Source of the DNA: an uncultured Acidimicrobiia bacterium
GTDB taxonomy: Bacteria; Acidobacteriota; Vicinamibacteria; Vicinamibacterales; UBA2999
NCBI GenBank assembly: GCA_963795125.1
Contig: CAWCGQ010000001.1
Span: 1,175,024-1,239,023, forward strand
Reading direction: 5' to 3'
DNA: 64,000 bases
Shown: positions 18,579-31,048 of the stretch, in pieces
Numbering within the stretch: the stretch's first letter is position 1
Layout of the letters: each line of letters opens with the position of its first letter
Notes under the pieces: generated by a model
Databases searched by the model: none
Seen by the model: the letters and a program-made list of their open reading frames with translations, nothing else
What the model was told of the DNA's origin: nothing
Program-made: the position numbers and the translations under genes

Positions 18579-19952
18579 ATGGGTCCGCAACGCAGAATTG
18601 ACGTCGTGCTCGACTCGGTCAAGCGGCTGCTCCGCATTGGCGCGACGGCCAATCTGCTGAACCTGCTGCAGAAACAGCATCCCGCCGACCTCGCGGAGGT
18701 GTTCGGCTCGCTGCTCGATACCGAACGACACGCGGTGTTCTCGCTGCTGGTCGAGCGCAACGGCCGGCTGGGCATGGAAACCGTCAGCGAAATGGGGCCC
18801 GAAGAGGGCGCCAAACTGCTGACCGGCCGTTCGGCCGACGAGATTGCCAGGCTGCTGCAGGAAATTCCGTCCGATGACGCGGCGGCGCTGATCGATTACC
18901 TGCCGGACGAGCTGTCCACGGAAGTTCTCGAGTTGATGCGGCGCCGCGAATCGGGCCAGGTCGAAAGCCTGCTCGAATACGGCGAACAGACGGCCGGCCG
19001 CATCATGAACCCGCAGGTGTTCGCGCTCAGCGAAGACCTGACCGTGGGCGAGGCGATCACGATGTTGCAGAGCTCGCGCGACGTCGAGATGGTCTTCTAC
19101 CTCTACATCGTCGATGCCCGCCGCCACCTGGTCGGGGTGACCTCGCTGCGGCGCCTGCTGCTGGTGTCGCCGGAGACCCCGCTCAAGCGGATCATGACGG
19201 CGGAAGTGACGAGCGTCCGCGTCGACACCGACCAGGAAGAGGTGGCGCGGCAGGTGGCGTCCTACAACCTGCTCGCCGTCCCGGTCGTCGACGAAGAGAA
19301 CAAGCTGGTCGGCATCGTCACCGTCGATGACGTGATCGACGTCATCAAGGATGAAGCCTCGGAAGACTTGCTGCGCCTGGCCGGCGTGTCGGGCGACGAG
19401 CGGATCGGGACCCCGCCGTTCGAGGCGATTCGCAAGCGCCTGCCGTGGCTGGGCGTGAATCTGGTCACCGCGTTTGTCGCCGCGTCGGTGGTCTCGCTGT
19501 TCGAAGGCACCATCCAGCAGGTCACCGCACTGGCGGTGTTCATGCCGATCGTCGCGGGCATGGGCGGCAACGCCGCGACCCAGACGCTGACGGTGATCGT
19601 CCGCGGTCTGGCGCTCGGCGAGCTGTCGTGGGCGGGCGCGCGCAAGGCGCTGGCCAAGGAGTCGCTCATCGGCCTGGGCAATGGCTTCGCGCTGGGGCTG
19701 GTGGCGGCGGGAATTGCGTGGGCGACCAAGTCGGACCCGGTGCTGGGCCTGCTGCTCGGCGCGGCCATGGTCGTCAACATGTTCGTCGCGGCGACGGCCG
19801 GCACGCTGGTGCCGCTCGGCCTGAAGGCCATGAAAATCGATCCCGCGCTGGCGTCGTCGGTGTTCATCACCACCTTCACCGATGTCGTCGGGTTCGCGTC
19901 GTTCCTGGGCCTGGCGACGGTGTTCCTCCAGTATCTGGTGAAAGTACAATAG
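18579..19952 (+). CDS. mgtE: magnesium transporter MgtE
   Basis: MgtE N-domain, CBS pair (..GRIMNPQVFAL..) and a C-terminal TM domain (..MPIVAGMGGNAATQT..). Confidence 0.92.
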   Translation: MGPQRRIDVVLDSVKRLLRIGATANLLNLLQKQHPADLAEVFGSLLDTERHAVFSLLVERNGRLGMETVSEMGPEEGAKLLTGRSADEIARLLQEIPSDDAAALIDYLPDELSTEVLELMRRRESGQVESLLEYGEQTAGRIMNPQVFALSEDLTVGEAITMLQSSRDVEMVFYLYIVDARRHLVGVTSLRRLLLVSPETPLKRIMTAEVTSVRVDTDQEEVARQVASYNLLAVPVVDEENKLVGIVTVDDVIDVIKDEASEDLLRLAGVSGDERIGTPPFEAIRKRLPWLGVNLVTAFVAASVVSLFEGTIQQVTALAVFMPIVAGMGGNAATQTLTVIVRGLALGELSWAGARKALAKESLIGLGNGFALGLVAAGIAWATKSDPVLGLLLGAAMVVNMFVAATAGTLVPLGLKAMKIDPALASSVFITTFTDVVGFASFLGLATVFLQYLVKVQ

Positions 19953-19962
19953 ACGGCTACGG

Positions 19963-20607
19963 ATGCCGCTGTTTACGGCCGAAGCCCTCGTTCTTCGCAC
20001 TTACAAGCTGGGCGAAGCGGACCGCATCGTGGTCTTCCTGACCCGCGATCGCGGCAAGAAGCGAGGCGTCGCCCCCAATGCGAGAAAGTCGCGCAAACGG
20101 TTTGGCGCCGCGCTCGAGCCGCTGACGGAAGTGCGGGTGTCGTACTTCGAGAAGGAGCGGCGCGAGCTGGTGGGACTGAACTATGCGGAGCCGGTGCGCT
20201 CGCCGTTGACGGCGGCGACCCCCGAAGCGCTGGGTTACAGCCACTACTTCGCCGAGTTGATCGACGAGTGGGCGGCCGACGCCGACGTCGACGAGCGCCT
20301 GTATCGGTTGGGCACCTCGGCGCTCGACGCGCTGGTGGGGGGGACTCCGGTGGAGGCGCTGGCGCGCTACTTCGAGTGCTGGTTGTTGCGGCTGCAGGGC
20401 GTGTCGCCCGAGCCCGGAGAGTTGTCGAGCGGCGCCCGGATGTTTCTTGATGGTGTGCGGAGGGTCGGGCCGCGCGAGGTGGAATCGCTCGGCGCCAGCG
20501 TGCCGGTACTACGGGAGATCGAACTGTTTCATCGGAAGTTGATAGCCATGCATCTCGAGAGGGAGCCGCGGTCGGTTCGCGTGTTGAACGCATTGCGGCG
20601 GTCGTAA
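19963..20607 (+). CDS. recO: DNA repair protein RecO
   Basis: [32 protein letters not shown].. is a typical RecO OB-fold N-terminus. Confidence 0.85.
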   Translation: MPLFTAEALVLRTYKLGEADRIVVFLTRDRGKKRGVAPNARKSRKRFGAALEPLTEVRVSYFEKERRELVGLNYAEPVRSPLTAATPEALGYSHYFAELIDEWAADADVDERLYRLGTSALDALVGGTPVEALARYFECWLLRLQGVSPEPGELSSGARMFLDGVRRVGPREVESLGASVPVLREIELFHRKLIAMHLEREPRSVRVLNALRRS

Positions 20608-20608
20608 C

Positions 20609-21529
20609 GTGACATTCCAGGATCTGATCCTCAAACTGCAGCACTTCTGGTCGTCGCACGGCTGCCTGATTCAGCAGCCGCTCGACATCGAAGTGGGCGC
20701 CGGCACGTCGCACCCGGAAACGCTGCTGCGCGTCCTCGGCCCGGCGCCGTGGAACGTGGCCTACATCCAGCCGTCACGCCGCCCGGATGACGGGCGGTTC
20801 GGGCAGAACCCCAATCGGTTGTTCAAGCATCACCAGCTGCAGGTGATCCTGAAGCCGTCACCCGACGAAGTTCAACAGCTCTATCTCGACAGCCTCGAAG
20901 CGGTCGGCATCAACCCGCGCCAGCACGACATCCGGTTTGAAGAGGACAACTGGGAGTCGCCGACGCTCGGCGCGTGGGGCATCGGCTGGCAGGTGATGCT
21001 CGACGGCACCGAGATTACGCAGTTCACCTACTTCCAGCAGGTGGGCGGCGTCGACCTGTCGCCGATTTCCTGCGAGATCACCTACGGGATGGAACGCATC
21101 GCGATGTTCCTCCAGAAGGTCGACAACGTGTTCGACGTCGACTGGGGCGGCGGCCGGACGTACGGCGACGTCCGGTTGCGCGACGAGATCGAGCAGTCGA
21201 AGTACGCCTTCAACCAGGACACCGGGATCGATCGCGAGCGCTACTCCGCGTATCACCGGCACATGTTCGATGAGACCTACACGTTTGCGGAAGACCTGTT
21301 GAAGGGCGGGCTGATCCTGCCGGCGCTCGAACATTGCCTGAAGTGCTCGCACCTGTTCAACCTGCTCGACTCGAGCGGCAGCGTCGGTGTCACCGAGCGC
21401 ATGGCCTACATCCTGCGCGTGAGAAAGCTGTCGCTGGCGATTTGCGCGGCGTATGTGAAACCAGACGGGAACCGGGAGGCGGGAGCCGGGAACGGGGAGC
21501 CGGGAGCGGGGAGCCGCACAGATGGATAG
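20609..21529 (+). CDS. glyQ: glycine--tRNA ligase alpha subunit
   Basis: [35 protein letters not shown].. GTG start. The repeat-encoded C-terminal tail overlaps the glyS start. Confidence 0.95.
   Translation: MTFQDLILKLQHFWSSHGCLIQQPLDIEVGAGTSHPETLLRVLGPAPWNVAYIQPSRRPDDGRFGQNPNRLFKHHQLQVILKPSPDEVQQLYLDSLEAVGINPRQHDIRFEEDNWESPTLGAWGIGWQVMLDGTEITQFTYFQQVGGVDLSPISCEITYGMERIAMFLQKVDNVFDVDWGGGRTYGDVRLRDEIEQSKYAFNQDTGIDRERYSAYHRHMFDETYTFAEDLLKGGLILPALEHCLKCSHLFNLLDSSGSVGVTERMAYILRVRKLSLAICAAYVKPDGNREAGAGNGEPGAGSRTDG
21466..21517 (+). repeat. G-rich tandem repeat (GGGAGCCGGGAAC / GGGGAGCCGGGAGC / GGGGAGCCGCAC) at the glyQ-glyS junction
   Basis: It encodes the low-complexity GlyQ tail ..[15 protein letters not shown].. 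and places repeated GGGAG (SD-like) motifs upstream of the glyS ATG at 21522. Confidence 0.7.
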
Positions 21530-23723
21530 AGAACTGCTCCTTGAAATTGGCACCGAAGAGATCCCGGCGAGCTGGCTGCCGGGCTTGACCGTGCAGATCG
21601 GCGAGGTGCTGGCGGCGCGGCTGAAGGCCGCGCGCCTGTCCACCGACGATCCGATCGAGACCTTCAGCACGCCGCGGCGCCTGGCCGTGCGCGCCGCGCA
21701 CATCTCCGAGCGGCAGAGCGACCTCGAGGAGCTGGTGACCGGCCCGCCGGTGTCTGCCGCGTTCGGCGCGGACGGCAATCTCACGCCGGCGGGAGCCGGC
21801 TTCGTCAGGAAGCAGGGCGCCTCCGACGATCAGATCGAGCGGGTGCAGACTCCCAAGGGCGAATACCTCGCCGTGCGGAAGCACCAGCGCGGCAAGACCG
21901 CCGTCGATGTGCTGCCCGAGGTGCTGGCCGGCGTGCTGCGCGGCCTGACGTTCCCGAAGCAGATGCGATGGGATGCGCTGCTCGACGACGGCAAGGGCGA
22001 GCTGCCGTTTGGGCGGCCGATTCGCTGGATCCTCTATCTGTACGGCGGCCGGGTCGTGCCCTTCACCATCGGCCGTTCGCCGCTGGCGCTCGGACCCCGC
22101 GTGCAGGAAATCAGTTCCGGACCGAACACCTACGGCCATCGGTTCCTGACGATGAGCGGCCGTGCCGGGCGCGCCGTCAAGGTCAAGAACTTCGACGACT
22201 ACCGCAGGCGCCTCGGCGAGCATTTCGTCATTCTCGATCGCCACGAGCGGCACGACCGGATTGCGCGGGAGCTGGACGCCGAGGGCCGTCGCCGCGGCGG
22301 GCGCATTGCGCGCGCGCTGGTCGGGCAGGGCATGCTCGAGGAAGTGCCCGATCTGGTCGAGTACCCGGTCGTCGCCTCCGGATCGTTCGCCGATGAGTTC
22401 CTGAAGCTTCCTGCAGAAGTGCTGACGACGACGATGATTCACCATCAGCATTTCTTTCCGGTCGCGAGCGACCAGGGAGCGCTGCTGCCGGTGTTCCTGG
22501 CGGTCCTCAACATGGAGTCGGACCATCCCGAGGTGATCGCCCGCAACATGGAGCGGGTGCTGACGGCACGGCTTCGCGACGCGCAGTTCTTTTATCACAG
22601 CGATCGGCGGCTGCCGCTCTCGGAGCATCACCAGCGCCTGGACACGGTGCTGTTCCACAAGAAGATTGGCACCTATCTCGAGAAGTCGGAACAAGTGGCG
22701 GCACGCGCGGCCCACATCGCCACCCACGTCTTCAAGGCGCCGGAGGCCGAGGCGTTCGCGCGGGAAGCCGGGCGCTTGTGCAAGGCGGATCTGGCCACCG
22801 ACATGGTGCGCGAGCTCACCGAGCTGCAGGGCACGATCGGCGGCATTTACGCGCGCGAGGACGGGCGTCCCGAGGAAGTCTGGAAGGCGATTTACTTCCA
22901 CTACCTGCCGGTTGGCGTCGAGGCCACCGCGCCGCCGAGCCGCGACCAGCTGGGCAAGGCGGCCATCACCTGGGCGGCGGTGTCGCTCGCCGACAAGCTG
23001 CATACCGTGACCAGCATGTTCGCCGCCGGCGAGCGGCCCACCGGATCGCGCGATCCGTATGGACTGCGCCGCGCCGCGCAAGGCATCGTGCGCATCCTCG
23101 TCGATCTGCCGGAGCTGACCGGCCTCGATCTCAGGCTCACGCTGGCCGACCTGGTGCCTCCGCCCGCCGAGCAGGCGGCGTCGGTGGGGCCGGCTCCCGA
23201 CGAGGCGTTCTGGTCGTTCATGACCGATCGCGTGCGCTTCGTGCTCGAGCAGCGGGGCTACGATCCGCGCAACGTCCGCGCCAGCACGCACGGCGATCCG
23301 GCGGCGGTCAGTCCGCTGGTCGCCAAGCGCAAGCTCGAGACGCTGCCCGAGTTCACCGAGTCGGACGACTTCAAGCAGCTGGCGGGCCTGTTCAAGCGCG
23401 TGCGAAACATTGCCAAGAACCTGGATGCGTCGTCGCCGGATCTCGGCGGACAGCTGACGGAGCCGGCAGAGTTGGCCCTGGCGGCCGAGGTCGATCGACT
23501 GGCGCCGGTGGTCGAATCGGCGGTGGCCTCGGGCACGGGTTATCGGCAGGCGTTCGCGGAAGCCGCGAAGACGGGACCCGCGGTGGCCAGATTTTTTGAC
23601 GATGTGATGGTGATGGCTGAAGATGCGAAGTTGCGCGATGCGCGGCTTCGGCTGTTGAGGCGGCTCGAAGGATTGATCCTGCAGCTCGCCGACGTTTCGG
23701 AAATCGTTCCCGAGGAGAAGTAG
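21522..23723 (+). CDS. glyS: glycine--tRNA ligase beta subunit
   Basis: [20 protein letters not shown].. Full-length GlyS (733 aa). Confidence 0.95.
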   Translation: MDRELLLEIGTEEIPASWLPGLTVQIGEVLAARLKAARLSTDDPIETFSTPRRLAVRAAHISERQSDLEELVTGPPVSAAFGADGNLTPAGAGFVRKQGASDDQIERVQTPKGEYLAVRKHQRGKTAVDVLPEVLAGVLRGLTFPKQMRWDALLDDGKGELPFGRPIRWILYLYGGRVVPFTIGRSPLALGPRVQEISSGPNTYGHRFLTMSGRAGRAVKVKNFDDYRRRLGEHFVILDRHERHDRIARELDAEGRRRGGRIARALVGQGMLEEVPDLVEYPVVASGSFADEFLKLPAEVLTTTMIHHQHFFPVASDQGALLPVFLAVLNMESDHPEVIARNMERVLTARLRDAQFFYHSDRRLPLSEHHQRLDTVLFHKKIGTYLEKSEQVAARAAHIATHVFKAPEAEAFAREAGRLCKADLATDMVRELTELQGTIGGIYAREDGRPEEVWKAIYFHYLPVGVEATAPPSRDQLGKAAITWAAVSLADKLHTVTSMFAAGERPTGSRDPYGLRRAAQGIVRILVDLPELTGLDLRLTLADLVPPPAEQAASVGPAPDEAFWSFMTDRVRFVLEQRGYDPRNVRASTHGDPAAVSPLVAKRKLETLPEFTESDDFKQLAGLFKRVRNIAKNLDASSPDLGGQLTEPAELALAAEVDRLAPVVESAVASGTGYRQAFAEAAKTGPAVARFFDDVMVMAEDAKLRDARLRLLRRLEGLILQLADVSEIVPEEK

Positions 23724-23730
23724 CAAAGTA

Positions 23731-26511
23731 ATGGCGAAGAAAAAGGCGACCACGAAGAACACCAGGAAGCGGACTACCAAGACAGCCAGTTCCTCAAAGG
23801 GTCCGAAGAAGTTTGTCTACTTCTTCGGCAACGGCAGGGCCGACGGCAACCGCACCATGAAGGACACGCTCGGCGGCAAGGGCGCGGGCCTGGCCGAGAT
23901 GACCAACGCCGGCCTGCCGGTGCCGGCCGGTTTCACCATCTCGACCGACGCGTGCAATCTGTATTACGCCAACAAGGCCAAGCTGCCGGCGAACATCGAA
24001 ACCGAGATGATCGCGCAGCTGCGCAAGCTCGAGAAGACTGCGGGCGCGCAGCTCGGCTCCAAGAAGCAGCCGTTGCTCGTGTCGGTGCGTTCCGGCGCCA
24101 AGTTTTCGATGCCCGGCATGATGGACACGATTCTGAACCTCGGCTTGAACGACGAGACCGTCGAGGGCTTGAAGGCGTGGACCGGCAACGGCCGCTTCGC
24201 CTTCGACAGCTATCGCCGCTTCATGCAGATGTTCGGCAGCGTCGTGCTCGAGATTCCCAAGGCGAAGTTCGAGCACGAGTTCGAGGGGATCAAGCACGCG
24301 AAGAACGCCAAGCTCGACACCGATCTGGACGAGGCCGGCCTGCGGGAGGTGGTGGTTGCCTACCAGAAGCTGGTGAAGGCAGAGACCAGGAAGGCGTTTC
24401 CGCAGGATCCGATGGAGCAGCTGCGCGGCGCGAGGAACGCGGTGTTCCGCTCGTGGAACAACGCCCGCGCCAGGGAATATCGCCGCATCTATGACATTCC
24501 CGACGCGATCGGCACCGCCGTCAACGTCCAGATGATGGTGTTCGGCAACACCGGCGATCGATCGGGCACCGGCGTCGGGTTCACGCGCAACCCCGCGACC
24601 GGCGCGAAGGAGTTCTTCGGCGAATTCCTGATCAACGCCCAGGGCGAGGACGTCGTCGCCGGCATCCGCACGCCGCAGCCGATCGTCGAGCTCGAGAAGG
24701 TGATGCCGAAGGCCTACAAGCAGCTGCGCGACATCACCTCGAAGCTGGAACGCAACTACAAGGACATCCAGGACTTCGAGTTCACCATCCAGGACGAGAA
24801 GCTCTACATGCTGCAAACCCGCAGCGGCAAGCGCACCGGCTACGCGGCAGTGGTGATCGCCACGGATTTCGTGAAAGAGAAGCTGGTGACGCCGAAGGAA
24901 GCGATCCTGCTGGTCGATCCCGAGGCGTTGTCGCAGTTGCTGGCGCCGGGGTTCGATCCGAAGGAGTGGAAGGCGCACGACACCGTCACCAGGGGCCTGC
25001 CGGCGTCGCCGGGCGCGGCCTGCGGCAAGGCGGTGTTCTCGTCGGAGACCGCGGTCGAGTGGTCGAACCGGGGCGAGCCGGTGATCCTGGTCCGCCGCGA
25101 AACCGTGCCGGACGACATTCACGGCATGTGGGTGTCGCAGGGCATTCTCACGGCGACGGGCGGCATGACGTCGCACGCCGCGGTGGTCGGCCGCCAGATG
25201 GGCAAGCCCTCGATTGTCGGTGCGGGCGAGCTGCGCATTGACGAGCACGGCAAGACCTTCACGGTCAAGGGCCGGACGGTCAAGGAAGGCGACTACGTCG
25301 CGTTCGACGGGTTGACCGGCGAGGTGAAGCTGGCCAAGGTGGCATCGCAGCCGAGCGAGATCCTGCAGGTGGTGGCCGGCAAGTTGAAGCCGGCCGACTC
25401 GCCGATCTACCAGCGCTTCAATACGCTCCTCGGATGGACCGACAAGTTCCGCCGCCTCGGCGTGCGCGCCAACGCCGACCAGCCCGATCAGGCCGAGCTG
25501 GCCTACGCATTCGGTGCCCGCGGCATCGGTCTGTGCCGGACCGAACACATGTTCTTTGGCGAGGGCCGGATTCCGATTGTGCAGCGCATGATCCTCGCGG
25601 ACAACGAGGCCGACCGTCGCGCCGCCCTCAACGAGCTGCTGCCGATGCAGCGCGAGGATTTCTACGGCGTGTTCAAGGGCATGAAGGGCACGCCGGTGAC
25701 CATCCGCACCATCGATCCGCCGCTGCATGAGTTCCTGCCGAAGCGGGAAGACCTGATGGTCGAGATCGCCGTCATGGAAACCAAGGGGCAGAAGGGCAAG
25801 GAGCTCGCCGACAAGAAGGCGCTGCTGTCGCGCGTCGAACAGCTGCACGAGTTCAACCCGATGCTCGGGCATCGCGGCGTCCGTCTCGGCATCACCTATC
25901 CCGAGATCACCGAGATGCAGACCCGCGCGATCATGGAAGCCGCCTGCAAGCTCAACAAGGAAGGCCTCAAGGTCGTCCCCGAGATCATGATCCCGCTGGT
26001 CGGCGACGTCCGCGAGCTGCGCGATCAGAAGCTGATCGTCGATCGCGTCTGCGCCGAGGTGATCAAGGAGCAGGGCATCCGGATCAAGTATCTCGTCGGC
26101 ACCATGATCGAAGTGCCGCGTGGCGCCTTGACCGCCGATGAAGTGGCCACGGAAGCACAGTTCTTCTCGTTCGGCACCAACGACCTGACGCAGATGACGT
26201 TCGGATTCTCACGCGACGACGTCGGCAAGTTCTTGAAGGTCTACCAGGACAAGAAGCTGCTCGAGCGCGATCCGTTCGCGACCTTCGACGGCGCCGGCAC
26301 CGGCCAGCTGGTGGCGATGGCGGTGGCGAAGGGCCGCGCCACCCGCAAGGACCTCAAGCTCGGCATCTGCGGTGAACACGGCGGCGATCCGGCGTCGATT
26401 CACTTCTTCCACCAGGTGGGCCTCGACTACGTGAGCTGCTCCCCGTACCGCGTGCCGGTGGCCCGCCTTGCCGCGGCGCAGGCTGCGCTCAGCGTCAAGG
26501 TCGGCGATTGA
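23731..26511 (+). CDS. ppdK: pyruvate, phosphate dikinase (with Lys/Thr-rich N-terminal extension)
   Basis: ..FVYFFGNGRADGNRTMKDTLGGKGAGLAEMTNAGLPVPAGFTI.., the phospho-His region GGMTSHAAVV and the PEP-utilising C-terminal domain. Confidence 0.95.
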   Translation: MAKKKATTKNTRKRTTKTASSSKGPKKFVYFFGNGRADGNRTMKDTLGGKGAGLAEMTNAGLPVPAGFTISTDACNLYYANKAKLPANIETEMIAQLRKLEKTAGAQLGSKKQPLLVSVRSGAKFSMPGMMDTILNLGLNDETVEGLKAWTGNGRFAFDSYRRFMQMFGSVVLEIPKAKFEHEFEGIKHAKNAKLDTDLDEAGLREVVVAYQKLVKAETRKAFPQDPMEQLRGARNAVFRSWNNARAREYRRIYDIPDAIGTAVNVQMMVFGNTGDRSGTGVGFTRNPATGAKEFFGEFLINAQGEDVVAGIRTPQPIVELEKVMPKAYKQLRDITSKLERNYKDIQDFEFTIQDEKLYMLQTRSGKRTGYAAVVIATDFVKEKLVTPKEAILLVDPEALSQLLAPGFDPKEWKAHDTVTRGLPASPGAACGKAVFSSETAVEWSNRGEPVILVRRETVPDDIHGMWVSQGILTATGGMTSHAAVVGRQMGKPSIVGAGELRIDEHGKTFTVKGRTVKEGDYVAFDGLTGEVKLAKVASQPSEILQVVAGKLKPADSPIYQRFNTLLGWTDKFRRLGVRANADQPDQAELAYAFGARGIGLCRTEHMFFGEGRIPIVQRMILADNEADRRAALNELLPMQREDFYGVFKGMKGTPVTIRTIDPPLHEFLPKREDLMVEIAVMETKGQKGKELADKKALLSRVEQLHEFNPMLGHRGVRLGITYPEITEMQTRAIMEAACKLNKEGLKVVPEIMIPLVGDVRELRDQKLIVDRVCAEVIKEQGIRIKYLVGTMIEVPRGALTADEVATEAQFFSFGTNDLTQMTFGFSRDDVGKFLKVYQDKKLLERDPFATFDGAGTGQLVAMAVAKGRATRKDLKLGICGEHGGDPASIHFFHQVGLDYVSCSPYRVPVARLAAAQAALSVKVGD

Positions 26512-26595
26512 TCAGGTATTTCGTCCACAGGGGCGGTCGCACCGAGTTGGTGGACCGCCTCGACTCCTCCTTCGCCGGGGCTGGCGGCGGACGAC

Positions 26596-27477
26596 GTGGT
26601 GGTGTGGGCGGATGTGGCGGAGCCGACCGAGGCCGACGGCGCCATCCTGCACGAGCAGTTCGGCCTGCACGAACTGCCGCTCGAGGCCGCCCTCAAGCGC
26701 GAAACCCACCCCAAGGTCGAAAGCTACGGCCGCTATCTCTACATCGTCCTGCACGGCATCAACTTCCAGGCCGCCGACCACACGTTCGAGACCCACGAGA
26801 CCGATTTTTTCCTCGCCCCGAATTTTTTGATCACCATTCACGACGGCCAGCGCCGCAGCATCGCGCAGGTTGGTGAGCTCTGCACGCGCTCATCGCACAT
26901 CCTGTCGGAAGGACCGGTCGCGTTGCTGCACCGCATTGTCGACACCATGGTCGATCACTATCGGCCCGAGGTCGACGAGCTCGAGGATCGCCTCGACCAG
27001 ATCGAGAAGCGCGTCATCGAAGCGCCGACCGAATCGCTGACCGGCGACATTCTCAACGTCAAGCACGACGTCACCTCGCTGCGGCGGATTGTCATTCCGC
27101 AGCGTGATGTCGTCGGGCGGCTGGCCCGCCGCGAGTTCGACGTGATCGGCCAGGAAATGGCCTACCGCTTCCGCGATGTCTACGACCAGTTCGCGAGGAT
27201 GGCCGACGATGCGATGGTGTTCCAGGACCGGGTCACCGGCATCTTCGACGCGCACCTGGCAAGCGTGTCGGTCCGGCTGGCCGACGTGTCGAAGGTGCTG
27301 GCGGTGATCGCCGCGCTGTTCGGGCCGCTGACCGTGATTACCGGGTTATTCGGCATGAACGTCCCATTGCCGACGCTGTTCGGGAGCCCGGAGCACCAGT
27401 TCTGGGAGATTATCGGGATCATGCTGCTGTCGAGCGCGGCGCTGTTCGTGTGGTTCCGCAAATCGGGCTGGTGGTAA
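26596..27477 (+). CDS. corA: CorA-family magnesium/cobalt transporter (probable true start TTG 26508 in another frame, see findings)
   Basis: C-terminal GMNVPLP motif and two TM helices. The CorA-like N-terminus MIRYFVHRGGRTELVDRLDSSFAG is encoded in frame 0 from 26508. Confidence 0.85.
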   Translation: MVVWADVAEPTEADGAILHEQFGLHELPLEAALKRETHPKVESYGRYLYIVLHGINFQAADHTFETHETDFFLAPNFLITIHDGQRRSIAQVGELCTRSSHILSEGPVALLHRIVDTMVDHYRPEVDELEDRLDQIEKRVIEAPTESLTGDILNVKHDVTSLRRIVIPQRDVVGRLARREFDVIGQEMAYRFRDVYDQFARMADDAMVFQDRVTGIFDAHLASVSVRLADVSKVLAVIAALFGPLTVITGLFGMNVPLPTLFGSPEHQFWEIIGIMLLSSAALFVWFRKSGWW

Positions 27478-29277
<1,800 letters not shown>

Positions 29278-29325
29278 GGTCGCTGCAGTAGTGTGGTGGC
29301 TCCGTCAGATGGAGGAAACCTGCTG

Positions 29326-29964
29326 ATGTCCAAGCCCACAATTACACCCACCACAGACGGCCCCTACCTGATCGAAGGCATCGATGCCGTGGTGCGATAC
29401 ACCGACGGCCGGACGTTTCCGATTCAAGGCAAAGCGGCCCTGTGCCGCTGCGGCGGGTCGAAGAACAAACCGTTTTGCGACGGCAGTCACAAAACCAACG
29501 GCTTTACGAGCGCAAAGGATCCCAAGCGGGTTCCGGACATGGTCGAAGACCACATAGGACACGGCATCACCATTCACGACAACCGCGGGCTGTGTGCGCA
29601 CGCCGGACGATGCACGGACGGGCTTCCGGCCGTGTTTCGGCTCGGCAAAGAGCCGTGGATTGCGGCGAGTGGCGCTGATGCGGAGACCATTGCGACGACG
29701 ATTCAGCAGTGTCCCTCGGGGGCGCTGGCTTACAGCATCAACGACCAGCTGTATCGAGACTTCGGCGGAAACGCGGTCGTCGCCCTCGCGCCGAACGGAC
29801 CCTACGTGATTCGCGGCGGGGCAGTACTGACCGACACCGAGCTCAACCAGGGTGGCACCGTGGACCACATGACCCTGTGCCGCTGTGGGGCGTCGCAGAA
29901 TAAGCCGTTTTGCAGCGGCGCCCACTGGAACGTTCAGTTCGACGAGGACGCACGCACGGAGTGA
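29326..29964 (+). CDS. CDGSH iron-sulfur domain protein (two CDGSH-type motifs flanking a divergent 4Fe-4S mono-cluster domain)
   Basis: Motifs CRCGGSKNKPFCDGSH and CRCGASQNKPFCSGAH. The central region has ..CAHAGRC..CPSGAL.. GGAGGA RBS 10 nt upstream of ATG 29326. Confidence 0.8.
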   Translation: MSKPTITPTTDGPYLIEGIDAVVRYTDGRTFPIQGKAALCRCGGSKNKPFCDGSHKTNGFTSAKDPKRVPDMVEDHIGHGITIHDNRGLCAHAGRCTDGLPAVFRLGKEPWIAASGADAETIATTIQQCPSGALAYSINDQLYRDFGGNAVVALAPNGPYVIRGGAVLTDTELNQGGTVDHMTLCRCGASQNKPFCSGAHWNVQFDEDARTE

Positions 29965-30081
29965 CCATATTCATTCAGTCGCCCCCGCGCTCGGATACGG
30001 CCGTAAACCCGTTGTGCATTTTGCCTGTACGCGCCTGCGATAGCGCGAGCCCGCTCAAGAACGACGGAAGCGATTCGCGAC

Positions 30082-30681
30082 ATGCCAGACAAGGCCGTCT
30101 ACCTGCTCGTCGTTGACGGATTCGCCGACTGGGAGCCTGCCCACGCCGTGGCGGAATTGCGGCGTAGTGGTGGCTACCAGGTCAAGTCGGTCGGCCTGAC
30201 ACTGGACCCCGTCGAGTCCATGGGCGGCCTTCGGGTGTTGCCGTCCATGACGGTGGCGGACGTCGATCCTGCGGATGTCGCAGTGTTCATTCTCCCCGGC
30301 GGGGATCGTTGGGAGCACTCGGCGGTCGAGCCGGAGATTGGCGGGTTACTGCAGCGTCTGGATGCGCAGGGTGTTCCCCTCGCGGCGATTTGCGGCGCCA
30401 CGGTCGCGATCGCTCGCCTGGACCTCCTGCGCGGGCGTCGACACACCAGCAACGGACTCGAGTATCTTCAGTCACAGCACGCGGGTTACGCCGAGGCGGC
30501 CCACTATGTCGACGCTCCGGCGGTGCGCGATCGCGGGCTCATCACGGCCAGCGGCCTGGGCGACGTCGAATTCGCGCGCGAACTCTTCGAGGAGCTCAAC
30601 GTGCTTAGCGCCGACGACCGGGCAGTGTGGGCGGCGATGTTTCGAAGCGCGCGCTTCTTGCTCCGAGGAACCCATGGATAA
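30082..30681 (+). CDS. DJ-1/PfpI family (class I glutamine amidotransferase-like) protein
   Basis: ..[13 protein letters not shown].. and the ..[11 protein letters not shown].. nucleophile-elbow Cys context. Confidence 0.75.
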   Translation: MPDKAVYLLVVDGFADWEPAHAVAELRRSGGYQVKSVGLTLDPVESMGGLRVLPSMTVADVDPADVAVFILPGGDRWEHSAVEPEIGGLLQRLDAQGVPLAAICGATVAIARLDLLRGRRHTSNGLEYLQSQHAGYAEAAHYVDAPAVRDRGLITASGLGDVEFARELFEELNVLSADDRAVWAAMFRSARFLLRGTHG

Positions 30682-31024
30682 TCACCGGGTCTTCACGATG
30701 TCATTTGCCAGCGTGTATCCGCTCTACGTCCAGAAGGCGGAGAAAAAGGGGCGCACGCAGCATGAAGTGGACGAGGTCATCTGCTGGCTGACCGGCTACA
30801 GCCCTAGCATGCTGGCGGCGCAGATTGAGCAGGGTAAGGATTTCGAGACGTTCTTCACCGAGGCACCGTCGCTGCATCCCAACGCCGGCCAGATCACCGG
30901 TGTCATCTGCGGTGTCCGCATCGAGGAGATCGAGAACCCGCTGATGCGGAACATCAGGTACCTGGACAAGCTCGTGGATGAACTCGCCAAAGGCCGGCCG
31001 ATGGAAAAGATTCTGCGCCGATAG
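30674..31024 (+). CDS. DUF2200-like small conserved protein
   Basis: [42 protein letters not shown].. Recalled as DUF2200 from memory. Start ATG 30674 inside ORF 30275..31024. Confidence 0.65.
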   Translation: MDNHRVFTMSFASVYPLYVQKAEKKGRTQHEVDEVICWLTGYSPSMLAAQIEQGKDFETFFTEAPSLHPNAGQITGVICGVRIEEIENPLMRNIRYLDKLVDELAKGRPMEKILRR

Positions 31025-31048
31025 GATACCGATTCTCCCGTGCGGCGT

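Noticed and set aside
18408-20000. 530-aa minus-strand ORF antisense to mgtE. Similar long ORFs include 21390..23780(-), 23794..25872(-), 7780..9171(-), 11203..12639(-), 32751..34502(+), 38822..40771(+), 40768..42222(+), 42905..44239(+), 44680..46017(+), 48269..49759(+), 51996..53360(-) and 54074..55147(-).
   Set aside because: The composition is extremely Arg/Ala/Pro/Gly/His-rich with no recognisable motifs. Each lies antisense to or out of frame with a gene of clear homology. These are typical shadow ORFs of high-GC DNA.
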